64,000 bases of DNA from Octopus vulgaris (GCA_951406725.2 OX597820.1:15810001-15874000), one strand, 5' to 3'. Shown: positions 40,512 to 54,428, numbered from the stretch's first letter. Notes: generated by a model from the sequence alone, not told the origin. Made by a program: numbers and translations.

Positions 40512-41680
40512 TGTGATGTGTGTTTGTGTGCTTGCATTGTTTCCAAAGAAATTTTTGTCCATTCTTCAGTTAAAACAGTCTCCAGTTCTTGTAGTGATGA
40601 TCGTGGAGAATATCAACTCCTTACCTGTGTTTCTAAAATGCATCATAAATGTTCAATAATATTGAGATCTGGGGGCTGTGGTAGCCAGATAAGATGTTCA
40701 ACTTCACTAGAATGTTCCTCGTGCCATTCAGTAACAACTTTAGCTTTGTGAATTGGTGCATTATCATCCTGAAAGATTGCATTTCCCTCCAGAAACAGTT
40801 CCGCAACCATAGGATAAATTTGATCAGATAAAATGCTTAAATAATCTTGACTATTATTTCTGCCATGGAGGGAAACCATTGGGCCGGCGGATTTCCAAGA
40901 TATAGGCCGCCAGATCATCACAGATCCTCCTCCATGTTTAACAGTTGGAAGAAGGCAGTCTGGGTCAAATGCTTCTTTTGGCTGTCTCCACACGTATACT
41001 CGGCCGGTGGTCGGAAATAAGGTAAAGGATGACTCGTCCGAGAAAATAACATTCTTCCACAGCTCTAGGGGCCAATTCTGTAAGATTTTACTTCACTCTA
41101 AATGCTTTGCAACGTTTGTTTTTTGACAGTAGTGGTTTTCTGATTGCAACCCTCCCGAGAAATCCGGCTTTGTGCAGCTCCAGACGAACAGTTTTTGTGG
41201 AAACTGTGTTCTCGAGGTGGTCATTAAACTCTTCAGAAAGTTTGGGAGCTGTACTTTTGTGATCCTTTCAAACAATTCGCGTAAGAGTCCGGTGGTCCCT
41301 ATCTGAAAGTTTTGGTTTTCTTCCAGAGTTTTGTTTCGACGAGGAGGTTTTTCCCTCTTTCTCAAAGGCCGTCATTACTTTCGAGACAGTACGTCTTATA
41401 CACCAAACATTTCGGCTGTTTTCGTTACGCTAGCGCCTGTCATACGAGCACCAACAATTTGACATCTTTGAAAGTCCAATAGATCTGTAATTTTAATGAA
41501 TTTTAATTACCTTTTTCTGATGATATCTGAAAAGAGACAGTAATTTTAGCAAAACATATTAAGCAAAACTAATAATAAATCAAAAAACATAAAAATAAAC
41601 AAGCTTTTGGCGGTGTTATAAATATTTCGAAATTATGATGCTATGATGCTAGGTGTTTCCATTATTTTGTCCAACCCCTG
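40512..41680 (-). mobile_element. Tc1-like transposon remnant with DD36E spacing
   Basis: TIR CAGGGGTTGGACAAAATAATGGAAACACC at 41680; FQRCQIVGAR..ASVTKTAE; TVKHGGGSVMIW; FQDDNAPIH..PDLNIIEHL. Confidence 0.85.
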
Positions 41681-41872
41681 TGCGTGTGTGTGTATGTGTG
41701 TGTGTGTATAAGCGTGCGTATGTATGTGTGTATATGTACATATAAATATGGATCTGTAGGTAAGTAATAATGTATGATTATATTATGATTCATCTTAGCC
41801 ATAACGTTATCAGTAACAAGTTGCTAGAAGTAAATGTACTTCAAATATACTTCACTTATACTTCATTCAAAT

Positions 41873-41955
41873 GGCTCTGAGGAAGCCATAAGGTGCCACA
41901 GTTACACTCAATACTAGGTACATAGTTCCTTATGCCGGAAACATCTGCGTAACTC
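41873..41955 (+). ncRNA. Degenerate hammerhead-like motif
   Basis: CTGAGGA-agc-CATAAGG..CCTTATG-ccg-GAAAC..GTA; stem I poor. Confidence 0.35.
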
Positions 41956-41981
41956 TTGTTCGTTTGTCATTTATTTAGCTT

Positions 41982-42507
41982 ATCTATTATGTAAAATCCG
42001 TTCTGTCTGTCTGTGTGCGTATCTCCTAGGATTTTGCGCATCCTCCATCCGACTGCGCTCAAATTTGATATGTAGATACCGACGGTATCAGGGCGTGTAT
42101 AAGTCTTGAAAAAATTACAAAAATCGATTCCAAGTGAGAATGTGATCGTTAAAGCCGTGGGAACGTGCATTTGTACGCGCAAGTACATCAGCTGTTGCGA
42201 TCGATACTACGCGTACGCGAGAAAAATGCCCGTGCAGTTTGCGCAAAAAAAGCCGGCCTATTTGGTATTTCAAATTTAGGTTAAATCGGTGTTTCTCAAA
42301 GGGGAGGCCTATGGGATGGTCGGACAGGTTGTATCCGTACGCGTTGTATCGATCGCAACAGCTGATGTACTTGCGCGTACAAATGCACGTTCCCACGGCT
42401 TTAACGATCGCATTCTCACTTGGAATCGATTTTTGTAATTTTTTCAAGACTTATACACGCCCTGATACCGTCGGTATCTACATATCAAATTTATTATATA
42501 AAATCTG

Positions 42508-42544
<37 letters not shown>

Positions 42545-42840
42545 CTAGGATATCGGGCATCCTCCATCCGATTGCGCTCAAATTTGATATGTAGATACCG
42601 ACGGTATCAGGGCGTGTATAAGTCTTGAAAAAATTACAAAAATCGATTCCAGGTGAGAATGCGATCGATAAAGCCGTGGGAAAATGCATATGAAATATCG
42701 TTTTTCTTGGATCAGAAAAAAATGTCTATCTTTATTTCTTCTTTTGCTAGTGTTTCAAATTTAGGTTAAATCAGTGTTTCTCAAAGGGGGAGACCTATGG
42801 GACGGTCGGACAAGTTGTTTTGAGAAAATTTGGTTTAAAT
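41982..42840 (+). mobile_element. Two tandem Helitron-like non-autonomous copies with an inverted ~155 bp internal duplication
   Basis: Starts TCTATTATGTAAAATCCGTTCTGTCTG; 42336-42492 is the reverse complement of 42061-42217; second copy from ~42490. Confidence 0.7.
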
Positions 42841-42953
42841 GTCTGACAACTCAGCACGGTCCATTAGACGGGGGGCGTTTTGCTCGTATATATATAAGTG
42901 ACCAGCAATATGACAATACCTGTTAGTCTTGTCGGTCGCGTAGTATATATATG

Positions 42954-43065
<112 letters not shown>

Positions 43066-43296
43066 ATGTATGTATGTATGTATGTATGTATGTATGTATG
43101 TGTGTGTGTGTTTGTGTGTCTGTATTTGTCCCCTCACCATTACTTGACAACCCGAAAATTAGCGGTTCAGTAAAAGATACCGATAGAATACGTACTAGGC
43201 TTACAAAGAATAAGTCCTGGGGTCGATTTGTTCGACTAAAGGCGGTGCTCCAGCATGGTAGCGATCAAATGACTGAATCAAATAAAAGAATAAAGA

Positions 43297-43335
<39 letters not shown>

Positions 43336-43489
43336 TAGGTGAATGAATTATCCTATGTTTATTGTCAGCATAGAAAATTTGTTTAACCAAAATCTGGGTA
43401 GCAAATTCACATCAGAAAACACGGTTGAAGCGACCTGTCAAGGGTAGAAACTCCGGGTTCATGAGTAGAAATTTGTGTGTTGTATATGC

Positions 43490-43718
43490 ATAAATGAAAG
43501 AATGGAGTCGAACGAAGATGTTAACAAAATTTCTTTACTCTCGACACGTTTCGAAGACAGCATATTTTCATTCCGAAGGAATAAAGGGCGCATTATGCAA
43601 TCTTCTCATCAGGAAAGAAAAGGAGCCTCTCTCAACAACAAGACAAACAAAAATTTCGATGATTGCCTACATGGTAACCAAAGCTTTTGTTAACATCTTC
43701 GTTCGACTCCATTCTTTC

Positions 43719-43724
<6 letters not shown>
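43490..43724. mobile_element. Foldback element (40 bp perfect arms) containing a canonical hammerhead
   Basis: ATAAATGAAAGAATGGAGTCGAACGAAGATGTTAACAAAA and its reverse complement; abuts (TA)n. Confidence 0.85.
43538..43617 (-). ncRNA. Type I hammerhead ribozyme, canonical core
   Basis: Minus strand: CTTTC-CTGATGA-GAAGA-ttGCATA..TATGC-tg-TCTTC-GAAA-CGTG-TC-GAGAG; GUC site; C(UUCG)G hairpin within the stem II extension. Confidence 0.85.
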
Positions 43725-43752
<28 letters not shown>

Positions 43753-43758
<6 letters not shown>

Positions 43759-43908
43759 GAGGAATGACCACTAAAGTGGACGTCAAATCGCCATTACCAC
43801 GAATAATGTTTTCTCAAGAAAAAAAATCTCAGCAAAACGTGGTAATGGCGATTTGACGTCTATGTTTAGCATATAGGGTGTCGACTTTAGTGGTCATTTC
43901 TCTTAATT
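43753..43908. repeat. Nested double foldback next to (TA)n
   Basis: Outer arms aattaagaggaatgaccactaaagt / actttagtggtcatttctcttaatt; inner arms gacgtcaaatcgccattaccacg / cgtggtaatggcgatttgacgtc. Confidence 0.85.
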
Positions 43909-44098
43909 TTGTATGTAACACAATTTTTAATCTTCGGATTTCTAAATATTTAATTGATTAACATCAATTTCTACCCTTATTATTTAATTTAGTCGTAGAT
44001 AACCAGGGAAAGTACATCGATGATTAAATTTCAATTAAATATAACATTTGATCACTTGTTTTCTTTATTCAACATTCGGACAGAACTCATGGGATGAC

Positions 44099-44155
<57 letters not shown>

Positions 44156-44281
44156 AGCCGAAATCACTAAGATGATCCGGTTCCCGACTGAGGATCAGAG
44201 GCTTCGAGTGACCTGTCGTATTTTTGTGTCGTCTCCTTGTGTTCTTGTCTACTTAGTAATTTATATTTTATGTTAAATTGC

Positions 44282-44319
<38 letters not shown>

Positions 44320-44994
44320 GTATGTATGTATGTATAAACAGGATTTTTTCTGTTTGGTTGCACTTGTGGAAATTACTCTTTATTTATCGATTTATGGCGA
44401 AAATGAATTTCATGTCAATGGTTACTTTAGAAAACTACACCAATGCACCAAATATGAAATGAATTTGAAAGAAACAGAAAGAAAGTAAAGAGAAAGAAAG
44501 AAACGAAGGAAGGAAGAAAAAGGGAAAGGGAGAAAGAGAAGAACCGATTCTGAGTGGGATAGGTACCGTATTTGATGACATAAAACACGGGCGGGGGCGT
44601 ACTAGGCGCATCTCAATTTCAGCTGTGCATAATCCAGGGAAAAAAAAGGGTTTTAGTGCATCTATACATGTAATACCGGCCCGACTTCGTATGTAGGACC
44701 CAGGATAATTTTTATTTTGAGAGTGTTTAGTGGCGGTGAGTGTGTGTACTATGTGCCATCAAATAGGAGTAGTTTCTTTATCGAAACTGAAAGGAAAGCT
44801 GACGATGGGGCGATATTTGGATTCAGAGCGCAGAGAGCCGGAACGAATAACGCAAGGGATTCTATTCTATGCTTGAATGATTCGGCCAGTTCACTGCCTT
44901 AATGACAACATAAACAACAACAACAACAACATAAATAACAACATTAACACAACTGCCGTTTCCACTACCACCACTACCACCACCACCGCAACCT

Positions 44995-45221
44995 GTTTCT
45001 TTACTACCCACAAGGAGCTACACGCAGAGGGAACAAACAAGGACAGACAAACGGATTAAGTCGATTATATCGACCCCAGTGCGTAACTGGTACTTAATTT
45101 ATCGACCCCGAAAGGATGAAAGGCAAAGTCGACCTCGGCGGAATTTGAACTCAAAACGTAGCGGCAGACGAAATACGGCTACGCATTTCACCCGGCGTGC
45201 TAACGATTCTGCCAGCTCGCC
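44995..45221 (-). mobile_element. SINE B monomer
   Basis: Full unit. Confidence 0.9.
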
Positions 45222-45269
45222 CGCAACCACAACACCACAATCGCTGCTGCTACTACTACTATTACTATC

Positions 45270-45720
45270 ACCACCACCACCACCACCACCACCACCACCA
45301 CCACCACCACCGCAACCACCACCGCAACCACCACCGCAACCACCACCACCACCACCACCACCACCACCACCACCGCAACCACCACCGCAACCACCACCAC
45401 CACCACCACCACCACCACAACCACCACAACCACCACCACCAACACCACCACCACCACCACCACCACCACCACCACCACCACCACCACCACCACCACCACC
45501 ACCACCAGCAACAACAACACCACCACCACCACCACCACCACCACCACCAACACACCACCACCACCACCACCACAACCACCACACCACCACCACCACCACC
45601 ACAACCACCACCACCACCTCCACCACCACCACCACCACCACCACCACCGCAACCACCGCAACTACCACCACCACCACCACCACCACCACCACCACCACCA
45701 GCAACAACAACAACAACAAC
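45270..45720. repeat. (CCA)n trinucleotide array
   Basis: Directly visible. Confidence 0.95.
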
Positions 45721-46170
45721 TACAGCAATAGCAACGACATCTACGACGGCAACGACAATGTCGTCAAAACCCTCGAGAGAGAGATTCCAATGAAAATAAA
45801 TATTAGCCAAAAATTAGCGAAAATTATATCTAAATTACCAACGTGCTAGATTGGTACAAACTGCTTGTATTTTGGATTATAACGCGTGAAAAATATTTAC
45901 TAACATGCTGACAAACAGCACTCATCCACTTAAAAGTCTGGATTAAATTTGGTATTTATTTATCTATTTATTTATTTATTTATTTATGCGTGTGTTTGCG
46001 GATGTATATGTTTGTGTATGTGCATGTGTGTGTGTGTGAGAGAGTGTGTGTGTGTGTGTGTCGTTTGTGCATGTGTTTCAAATGACAAAATCATAAATTT
46101 TCCAGAAAGCATTCCAATCCGGAAGAAATGCACACACACACACACTCACAAATAGCACACACATGCCTAC

Positions 46171-46240
<70 letters not shown>

Positions 46241-46497
46241 GTATGTATATATATATACATATGTACATATATATGCATTATATATATATATATATATATA
46301 TAAAAGCAAACTAGTTACATACATATCAATATATGATGCACATATAGGTACAAACACGCATTAACGTGTGTATGTGTGCTTATATATATATATACATATA
46401 TTTTTATATATGTGTGTGCGTGTGCATGTATATATATATGTTGCGTGCATATCCATGTATATACATTATATGTATATGTGTGTATATATACATTATA

Positions 46498-47310
46498 TAA
46501 GTTAAGTTAAGTTTAATTTTTGGGCTCAAAAAGCAAAAAGCAAGGCCATGTAGGGGGACATGGAGTTATGTACAAGGTGGTGTTCATGCAAAGAGTTCAG
46601 GCCATTTGTGGTCAAGGGAGACTTTGAACCGAGCGGTCGTCGGCAACTTCACTATCTCGTCCGGCAGCTTATTCCACGGATCCGCAACCCGGACGGAGAA
46701 AGCCCCTCTCCTTCGATTGAGATGAAATCGTCGCAGATAGAGCTTTTCGGAATGACCCCGCAGCCGACGCTCTGGAGCAGGAGTGAAGAACAACTCTTTC
46801 GGGAGGTTACACTTTCCGCTTATGATGTTGTGAGCAAGAATGAGATCACCACGGCGTCGTCGTTTTTCTAGAGAATAAAGGCCGAGCGTCTTCAGCCTTT
46901 CTTCATAAGACAAATGCTTGAGACCAAGAACCATGCGGGTAGCCAGCTTCTGGACTCTTTCGAGATGCTGTATGTCTTTGAGGAGATAAGGAGAAGAGGC
47001 TTGAATCCCGTACTCCAATATGGGTCTCACCGGTGTGACATAGAGCGGTAGGAATATGGCCGCTGTGAGCATTCCGAATGACCGTCGAATCAAAAACAGA
47101 ACACCGTGTGCTTTGTTGGCAGCATGGACGCATTGGGTCGAAGGCGAAAAGGAAGAATCCACCAAGATACCCAGGTCCTTTACCTGGTCGGTCCTCTCCA
47201 GCAGCAGACGACCCGGCTCGAAATCAAGTTGAGTTGCAGGAGAAGAGCCAACATGCATATGACAGCACTTTGACACGTTCAGACACAGGTCCCATTCGTT
47301 AGACCATCTC
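46498..47310 (-). mobile_element. CR1/L2-group LINE 3' portion (RT C-terminus), open frame 46584-47276
   Basis: KDLGILVD, VRPILEYG, LERVQKLATRMV, LSYEERLKTLGLYSLEKRRRRGDLI, LRGH, WNKLP; (AACTT)n tail. Confidence 0.9.
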
Positions 47311-47324
47311 CAAACTTATATATT

Positions 47325-47521
47325 CTGTTACTTGTTTTAGTCATCTGCTGCGGCCATGCTGGAGTATCGCATTTAGTCGAGGAAATCAACCCCACAACTT
47401 ATTCATTGTAAGCGTAGTAATTATTCTATCCGTTGCTTTTGCCGAACCGCTAAGTTACAGGAACGTAAGCATACCAACATCGGTTGTTAAGCGATAGTGG
47501 GCGACAAATATCGACACACAA

Positions 47522-47555
<34 letters not shown>

Positions 47556-48030
47556 GCACGCATATATATGCGACGGGATTCTTTCAGTTTCCTTCTACGA
47601 AATCCACTCACAAGGATTCGGTCGGCCCGAGGTTATAGTCGAAGACACTTGTCTAAGGTGCCACGCAGTGTGACTGAACTTGGAACCATGTGGTTAGGAA
47701 ACAAGCTTCTTACCACACAGCCATTCCAGCACCTGTATATATATATCACCGTGACCGACCAGGCTATCAGATGTTGTTACACATCGCTGGTCACAATGCG
47801 CTTCAAATACCGCCACCCCGCTGCCTAAGCGAACAGGCCAACATAAGAAAGAGTGAGAGAAAGTTGTTGTGAAAGAGTACAGCAGGGATCGCCACCTCCC
47901 CCTGCCGGATCCTCGTGGAGCTTTAGGTATTTTCGCTCAATAAACACTCACATCGCTCGGTCTGAGAAACGAAACCGCGATCCTACGACCGCGCGTCCGC
48001 TGTCCTAACCACTGGGCCATTGCACCTCCA
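47325..48030 (-). mobile_element. SINE A (47325-47735) and SINE D (47745-48030)
   Basis: Matches other copies. Confidence 0.85.
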
Positions 48031-48044
48031 CACACACACACATT

Positions 48045-48080
<36 letters not shown>

Positions 48081-48643
48081 ATATATTATATATATATATT
48101 ATATATATATATATTATATATATATGCGTGTGTTTTTGTGTATACATACATAACACCATAATGGTTAAATGTGTGTGTGCGTGGTGTGTGTGCATGTAGG
48201 TGTCTATATATACCCACATGCAAATACATATATATCCACACACACACACATCGTACATGCAAGTTTGAGTGTACGCGTGTGCGCGGCCTAAACCGTTGAG
48301 GAAAACTATTTTAATCCAGCGCTTCCTTCCTTACCGACATTAGAGAAAACGTTTTATTTAACCTCCAGCGCCACCTCCCCATCATGACTTTCTGAAACCA
48401 GCCCCAAATTGGACCCGAGTTCTTATCAGGATGGATTAGTTTCAAATAACCAGAAGCATATGTTGAAAGGAACCGTCACTGAATTATATAGAATGGAATT
48501 TTGATTTTCGTGAAATCTTAAAATATAATTTCCTCATTAAAGAAAATTTTTTTCTTCGTTTATTTCATTCTAATTAGCTGTGTTTTTGTTTACATTCATT
48601 AAATACTTTTTACTTTATTTATATACTTAGGCATAAGCTGAAC

Positions 48644-48732
<89 letters not shown>

Positions 48733-49009
48733 CCGATATATATATAATGAACCGATAAAAGGTTTTTTCAAATATTTTATGTATAAGTCTGTGTGTGTGT
48801 ATATATATGTGTTGGTATAAATATCAACACACAAAAATATTTTTTCTTCTCCACTTCCTCCCTTATTTTTATTTTTATTTTTATTTTTATTTTTTATTTT
48901 TTATTCTTTATATATATTCTTTATATTTTTTTATTTTATTTTTTATTTTATTTTTTGTTTTTATTTTATTTTTTTAATTTTTTAATTTTTATTTTTATTA
49001 TATTATTTT

Positions 49010-49047
<38 letters not shown>

Positions 49048-49255
49048 AAAACACACACAGACACACAGAGACACACACACACACACACCTCCACAGAATG
49101 ATCATAGAAAGTGTGACCCCAAATGACATTTGCCAGGCCAACCTATGCACAACACACACTCAGTGACATTGAAATGGACAGCCAAAGTTCTTATAAAACC
49201 ACAGGGGGTCCAGCAGACCAACAGAAATAACACTTCTTCACTCTCAGATATAAAT

Positions 49256-49339
<84 letters not shown>

Positions 49340-49541
49340 ACATATTTTCTCTCTGTCTCACTTCCTCCTCACCCACTACTACGAAACTATAAAAAGGTTC
49401 AAACTACCCACAACTGATTTGATTTGAAAACCCACTAGAATGGGAGCAAGCGCTAATCCGAATGATATGATATATATGTAAAAAATGTAATATATAAATA
49501 AATATCTACAAATATGAACCATCTGATCTGATTACCTCAAT

Positions 49542-49653
<112 letters not shown>

Positions 49654-49664
49654 TATATATATAT

Positions 49665-49825
49665 GCGCAGGCGTGGCTGTGTGGTAAGAAGCTTGCTTGC
49701 CAACCACATTGTTCCGGGTTCAGTCCCACTGCGTGGAACATTGGGCAAGTGTCTTCTACTATAGTCTCAGGCCGACCAAAGCCTTGTGAGCGGATTTGGT
49801 AGACAGAAACTGAAAGAAGCCCGTC

Positions 49826-49828
<3 letters not shown>
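49665..49828 (+). mobile_element. SINE A 5' half
   Basis: gcgcaggcgtggctgtgtggtaagaag..gaagcccgtcgta(TA)n. Confidence 0.88.
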
Positions 49829-49894
<66 letters not shown>

Positions 49895-50339
49895 TGTGTG
49901 TGTGTGCGTATATATATATAAATACATACATATATATATATACTAAATAGTTATATATATGTGCATATATATACTCACACATATATATGCACACACATAT
50001 ATACACACATACATACACATATATTCATACATACCTTCATATATGATATGTGTATGTGTATATGTGTTAATTTATGTGAGATAAAGCAAGATTACAATCT
50101 GAACCGCGAGAATGAAACCCGTGGTTATCCCACATTAATTAACATATATTTAAGATTTCCTCCAATGCACTGAATGCAACATGAAGTTGCACCGAATACG
50201 CTAAGTGTTGTATCAGAGCAACAACAAGAACGACATGCACACACACACACACACACATACACACACATACACACACACAATGTACATTCCAGAAGTAGAC
50301 ACATTTATAGATCTCATGGAAGTACAAAACTCTAATTTC

Positions 50340-51095
50340 GTTTTAGCTATGATGCTCTGACTTTAATGCATCAGTAGCAGCCCACCAGTCCCTTCGTCAA
50401 AGCCCCATAGAAATTCTTCAAAATGAAGTTGTCCAGGTTGTCCAGGACCCTTGTCACAGCCTCCTTTTATCTTCTCAGTATCTTCAAAATAACTGCCTTA
50501 GATGTTCTCCTTCAGCTTGGGGAAACAACCAAAAATCGCAAGGAGCGAGGTCTGTATTGTAGGGCGGGCGAGGGGAAGTTCTGATGTCCATTTCTGTCAA
50601 GTAGTTTGTTACCAGGACAGAATTGTGGACTGGCACATTGTCCAGTCCAGCTGCTGGTGCCACCGAACCAAGTTGAAGAGCTCAAGCCTTTTGCAACAAA
50701 ATCCCTTCCTAAACTCTCTCAAAACCTCAACGAAGTACTCTGTTGACCGTTGGCCACAGAGAACCCAGTGAATATAGATGATGCTCTAAATATCACAAAA
50801 ATGGGATCAATATGAGCTTTCTGGTGAACTTGATTTTTCTGACCTTCCAATGATACTTCCAATGGGTACCCTGTCCCTTGGTCTCTGGATCATAATAGTT
50901 GATCTAGATTTTGTCTTAGGTCATCAGAGACCCAAGTACCCTCGGATGGGAGATAATGAGCTCAACCTGCTCCTTGCTGTTACTGACGTGTCTTTCCTTC
51001 TGCTCGTTACTGAGCACCCTGGGAACAAAATTTGCATAAATTTTGTGCATATTCAGATCTTAAACAATCCCGCCTGCAGTTACCACACCAACTGC
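50340..51095 (-). pseudogene. mariner transposase remnant
   Basis: PRPPYNTDLAPCDFWLFPKLKE (YSPDLAPSDF-like motif). Confidence 0.7.
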
Positions 51096-51103
51096 AAACT
51101 ATA

Positions 51104-51395
51104 CAGGGTGGCCCCAAAGTAGATTTACAGTTTTTCATTTATCTCTTAGGCATTCATGTATTAACAGTTTAGATCTTAATCATAAAAAAATATGAAACCA
51201 TTATTCAGCAAGATGGAGCACTTCGACATTATGCGTTGACAGTAAGAGACTACCTTAACCAAGCCTTTCTACAGCATTGGTTTGGAAGACGGGGCAGCAT
51301 CGAATGGCCACCACGTTCACCTGACCTGACTCCAAAGGGTTTCTTTTTGGGGGGTGTTGTAAAGAACAAGGTTCATGAGAAGAATCCCAAAACAG
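51104..51395 (+). pseudogene. DD41D-type (rosa-like) Tc1/mariner remnant
   Basis: TA-CAGGGTG end; QQDGA..41 residues..WPPRSPDLTPK(G). Confidence 0.75.
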
Positions 51396-52162
51396 AAAAA
51401 GCAAAAGAAACTCACTACATCAGATCTAAAAGGTTCTTAAACAAACTGAAAAATCCAGCAGAAGAAGATTTGATTAGGATTTCTCAAACGAAAAAACTTC
51501 GACCAAGATCAAAAAGTTAACAGAAGAAATGACAGATGTTTATGCTGTACAGACCACTCTGAAGTTCCAAGTGTTATGCATACAAAATTTCCTGCAACTG
51601 TCATGGTTTTAGGGGTCGTCAGCAATGAAGGACATGTGATGCCTCCTTACCTCTTTCCACAAGGCTTTAGAGTTAACTCTGCCGCCTACATTGAGGTCCT
51701 GGAAATAAGTGTTAAGCCCTGGATAGACAGTGTATGCAATGGAAGGCCATATGTGTTTCAGTAAGACTCTGCACTGTTACACATAGCTCTAGTAACACAG
51801 GAATGGATGGCTGAAAATTTTCGTGGTCATATAACCCCTAACATTTGGCCTCCTAATTCCCCAGATCTCAATCCATTGGACTATTACATGTAGAACGTTA
51901 TTGAGAGAGAGGTCTTTGAAAGCTACCATAGTCAGAGTAATGTCCAAAATGAACCAGAACCACTTGATTCGAGCATGTAGGTGATTTAGATCTCATATAG
52001 AAGCAGTTGTTGAAACTGAAGGTGGCTTTATTGAATAACATTATAGAAAAGAAGGTTTATTTTTATCCTCATAGCATTTTTGATAAATAACGATAGTATC
52101 TGTTATCATATAATTTTTTTTATAAACATAAACATGTCTTCAAATATCTTACGCACACTCTA
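51395..52162 (+). pseudogene. DD37D (maT-type) transposase remnant with right end
   Basis: KFPATVMVLGVVSNEG..FQ*DSA..37 residues..WPPNSPDLNPLDY; TIR-like end ..atcttacgcacactcta. Confidence 0.8.
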
Positions 52163-52228
<66 letters not shown>

Positions 52229-52264
52229 CATACATACAAACATTTTTATTTATAAATATATATC

Positions 52265-52496
52265 TTTTATCTTTTGTTTCAGTCATTAGACTACAGCCAT
52301 GCTGGGTCACTACCTTCATAAGTTTTAGTAGGACGAATTGACTCGAGTATTTGTTTTTTTAAAAGCTGGTATTTATTCCAGCGGTTTCCAGGGGTCTCTT
52401 TTGCTGAAACACTAAGAGGACGTAAACAAGCTACCACCGGTTTTCAAGTCGTCGTTGTGGTGGTGGTGGTGGTGGTGGTGGAGGGACAAACACAAT

Positions 52497-52500
<4 letters not shown>
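52265..52500 (-). mobile_element. SINE A 3' half (diverged)
   Basis: ttgtttcagtcattagactacagccatgctgg..ggacaaacac. Confidence 0.7.
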
Positions 52501-52571
<71 letters not shown>

Positions 52572-52756
52572 CTCCAGAGAACCATCACAGCCGTCATTTG
52601 CAAGCGCGGTACGCATGGGGAGTTCTGTGGAGCATGTTCCATACTTTTGCTAATTGTTTCAGGTGCCAATGATTTTACAAGCAGACATAGATACCATTTG
52701 GACCCTTCCACCCTTGAACCAGCAAGAGATCCAGGAGGTAAAGGTTGGACAGAGAG

Positions 52757-52846
<90 letters not shown>

Positions 52847-53605
52847 GGTTGATATTCGGATTGTACTCAATCTCAGCTGAGGGGACAGAAGCGACCTGCG
52901 GCAACTTGGAATAAAGTACGTCGCTGAAATCAAGGACGCAACGAGTCGCCTGGTTCAGGAATAGAAACTGAAACCTTATAACCGTGAGCTTAACATGCTA
53001 ACTATTAGGTCATCTTTCTGTGCATAAAATGAACCACAATGAACGTAACACAATATACTGCTCAGCGTATCAGGTTTATCAGAAACTAAACTGAAAGATC
53101 TCGACAAGGAAGTTCCCTGGGAAATGTGAGAAGCATTGTTTGTTGTTGTGGAAGACTTCAAATCACAAAATCTCAGTCACCACCTGAACAACTACCTCCA
53201 AATACCCACGCCTACGCTCAAACACACACATACACATGCATGCACATGCACACATACATGCACACATGCACGCCCACACAGAGGAACAGACATACACACA
53301 AACACATACACACTCACTCCATCACACATATACACGTACACACATATACAAACACATGCATACACTCCCATACACAGAGGAACATACATACACACACATG
53401 TACACATGCACACACACGCCCTCACAGAGGAACATACATACATACATACACACAAATGCATAATGCACACGCGTCTACACACACACACGGACATGTACAA
53501 GCACACACATACACGCACACACATGCACACATACACCCCCACACACATACATACACGAACACACACACACATAGAAACATAGACATGCACACACAAACAC
53601 ACACA

Positions 53606-53641
<36 letters not shown>

Positions 53642-53859
53642 CACACACATAGGCACGCATAAAGGATTACTCACTGTTGAGTGGAGTGTAGCAATGTGAA
53701 ATGAAGTGTTTTGCTCGAGAACAGAATGCCCCATGTGGTCGAGGAAGCGAAACCACGATCTTCCGATCGCTGGTGCAACACCCTAACCACTAAGCCACGC
53801 ACATACGCCAAGACACACAAAGAAGACAAAAAGTCATTGTGTGTCTTGGTGAAAATATA

Positions 53860-54428
53860 CTTTTCTACTCTAGGCACAAGGACCGAAATTTTTTGGGAAG
53901 GGGCCAGTTGATTAGATCGATCCCAGTACGCAACTGGTACTTAATTTATCGACCCCAAAAGGATGAAAGGCAAAGTCGACTTCGGTGGAATTTGAACTCA
54001 GCGTAAAGACGGACGATATACCTATTTCTTTACTACCCACAAGGGGCTACACACAGAGGGGACAGACAAACGGATTAAGTCGATTATATCGACCCCAGTG
54101 CGTAACTGGTACTTATTTAATCGACCCCGAAAGGATGAAAGACAAAGTCGACCTCGGTGGAATTTGAACTCAGAACGTAACGGCTGACGAAATACCTATT
54201 TCTTTACTACCCACAAGGGGCTAAACACAGAGGGAACAAACAAGGACAGACAAGCGGATTAAATCGATTACATCGACCCAGTGCGTAACTGGTACTTAAT
54301 TTATCGACCCCGAAAGGATGAAAGGCAAAGTCGACCTCAGCGGAATTTGAACTCAGAACGTAACGGCAGACGAAATACGGCTACGCGTTTCGCCCGGCGT
54401 GCTAACGTTTCTGCCAGCTCGCCGCCTT
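53860..54428 (-). mobile_element. SINE B trimer
   Basis: Junctions at ~54015 and 54189. Confidence 0.9.

Noticed and set aside
45079-45849. Proline/histidine-rich 256 aa ORF
   Set aside because: SINE B sequence plus a (CCA)n microsatellite.
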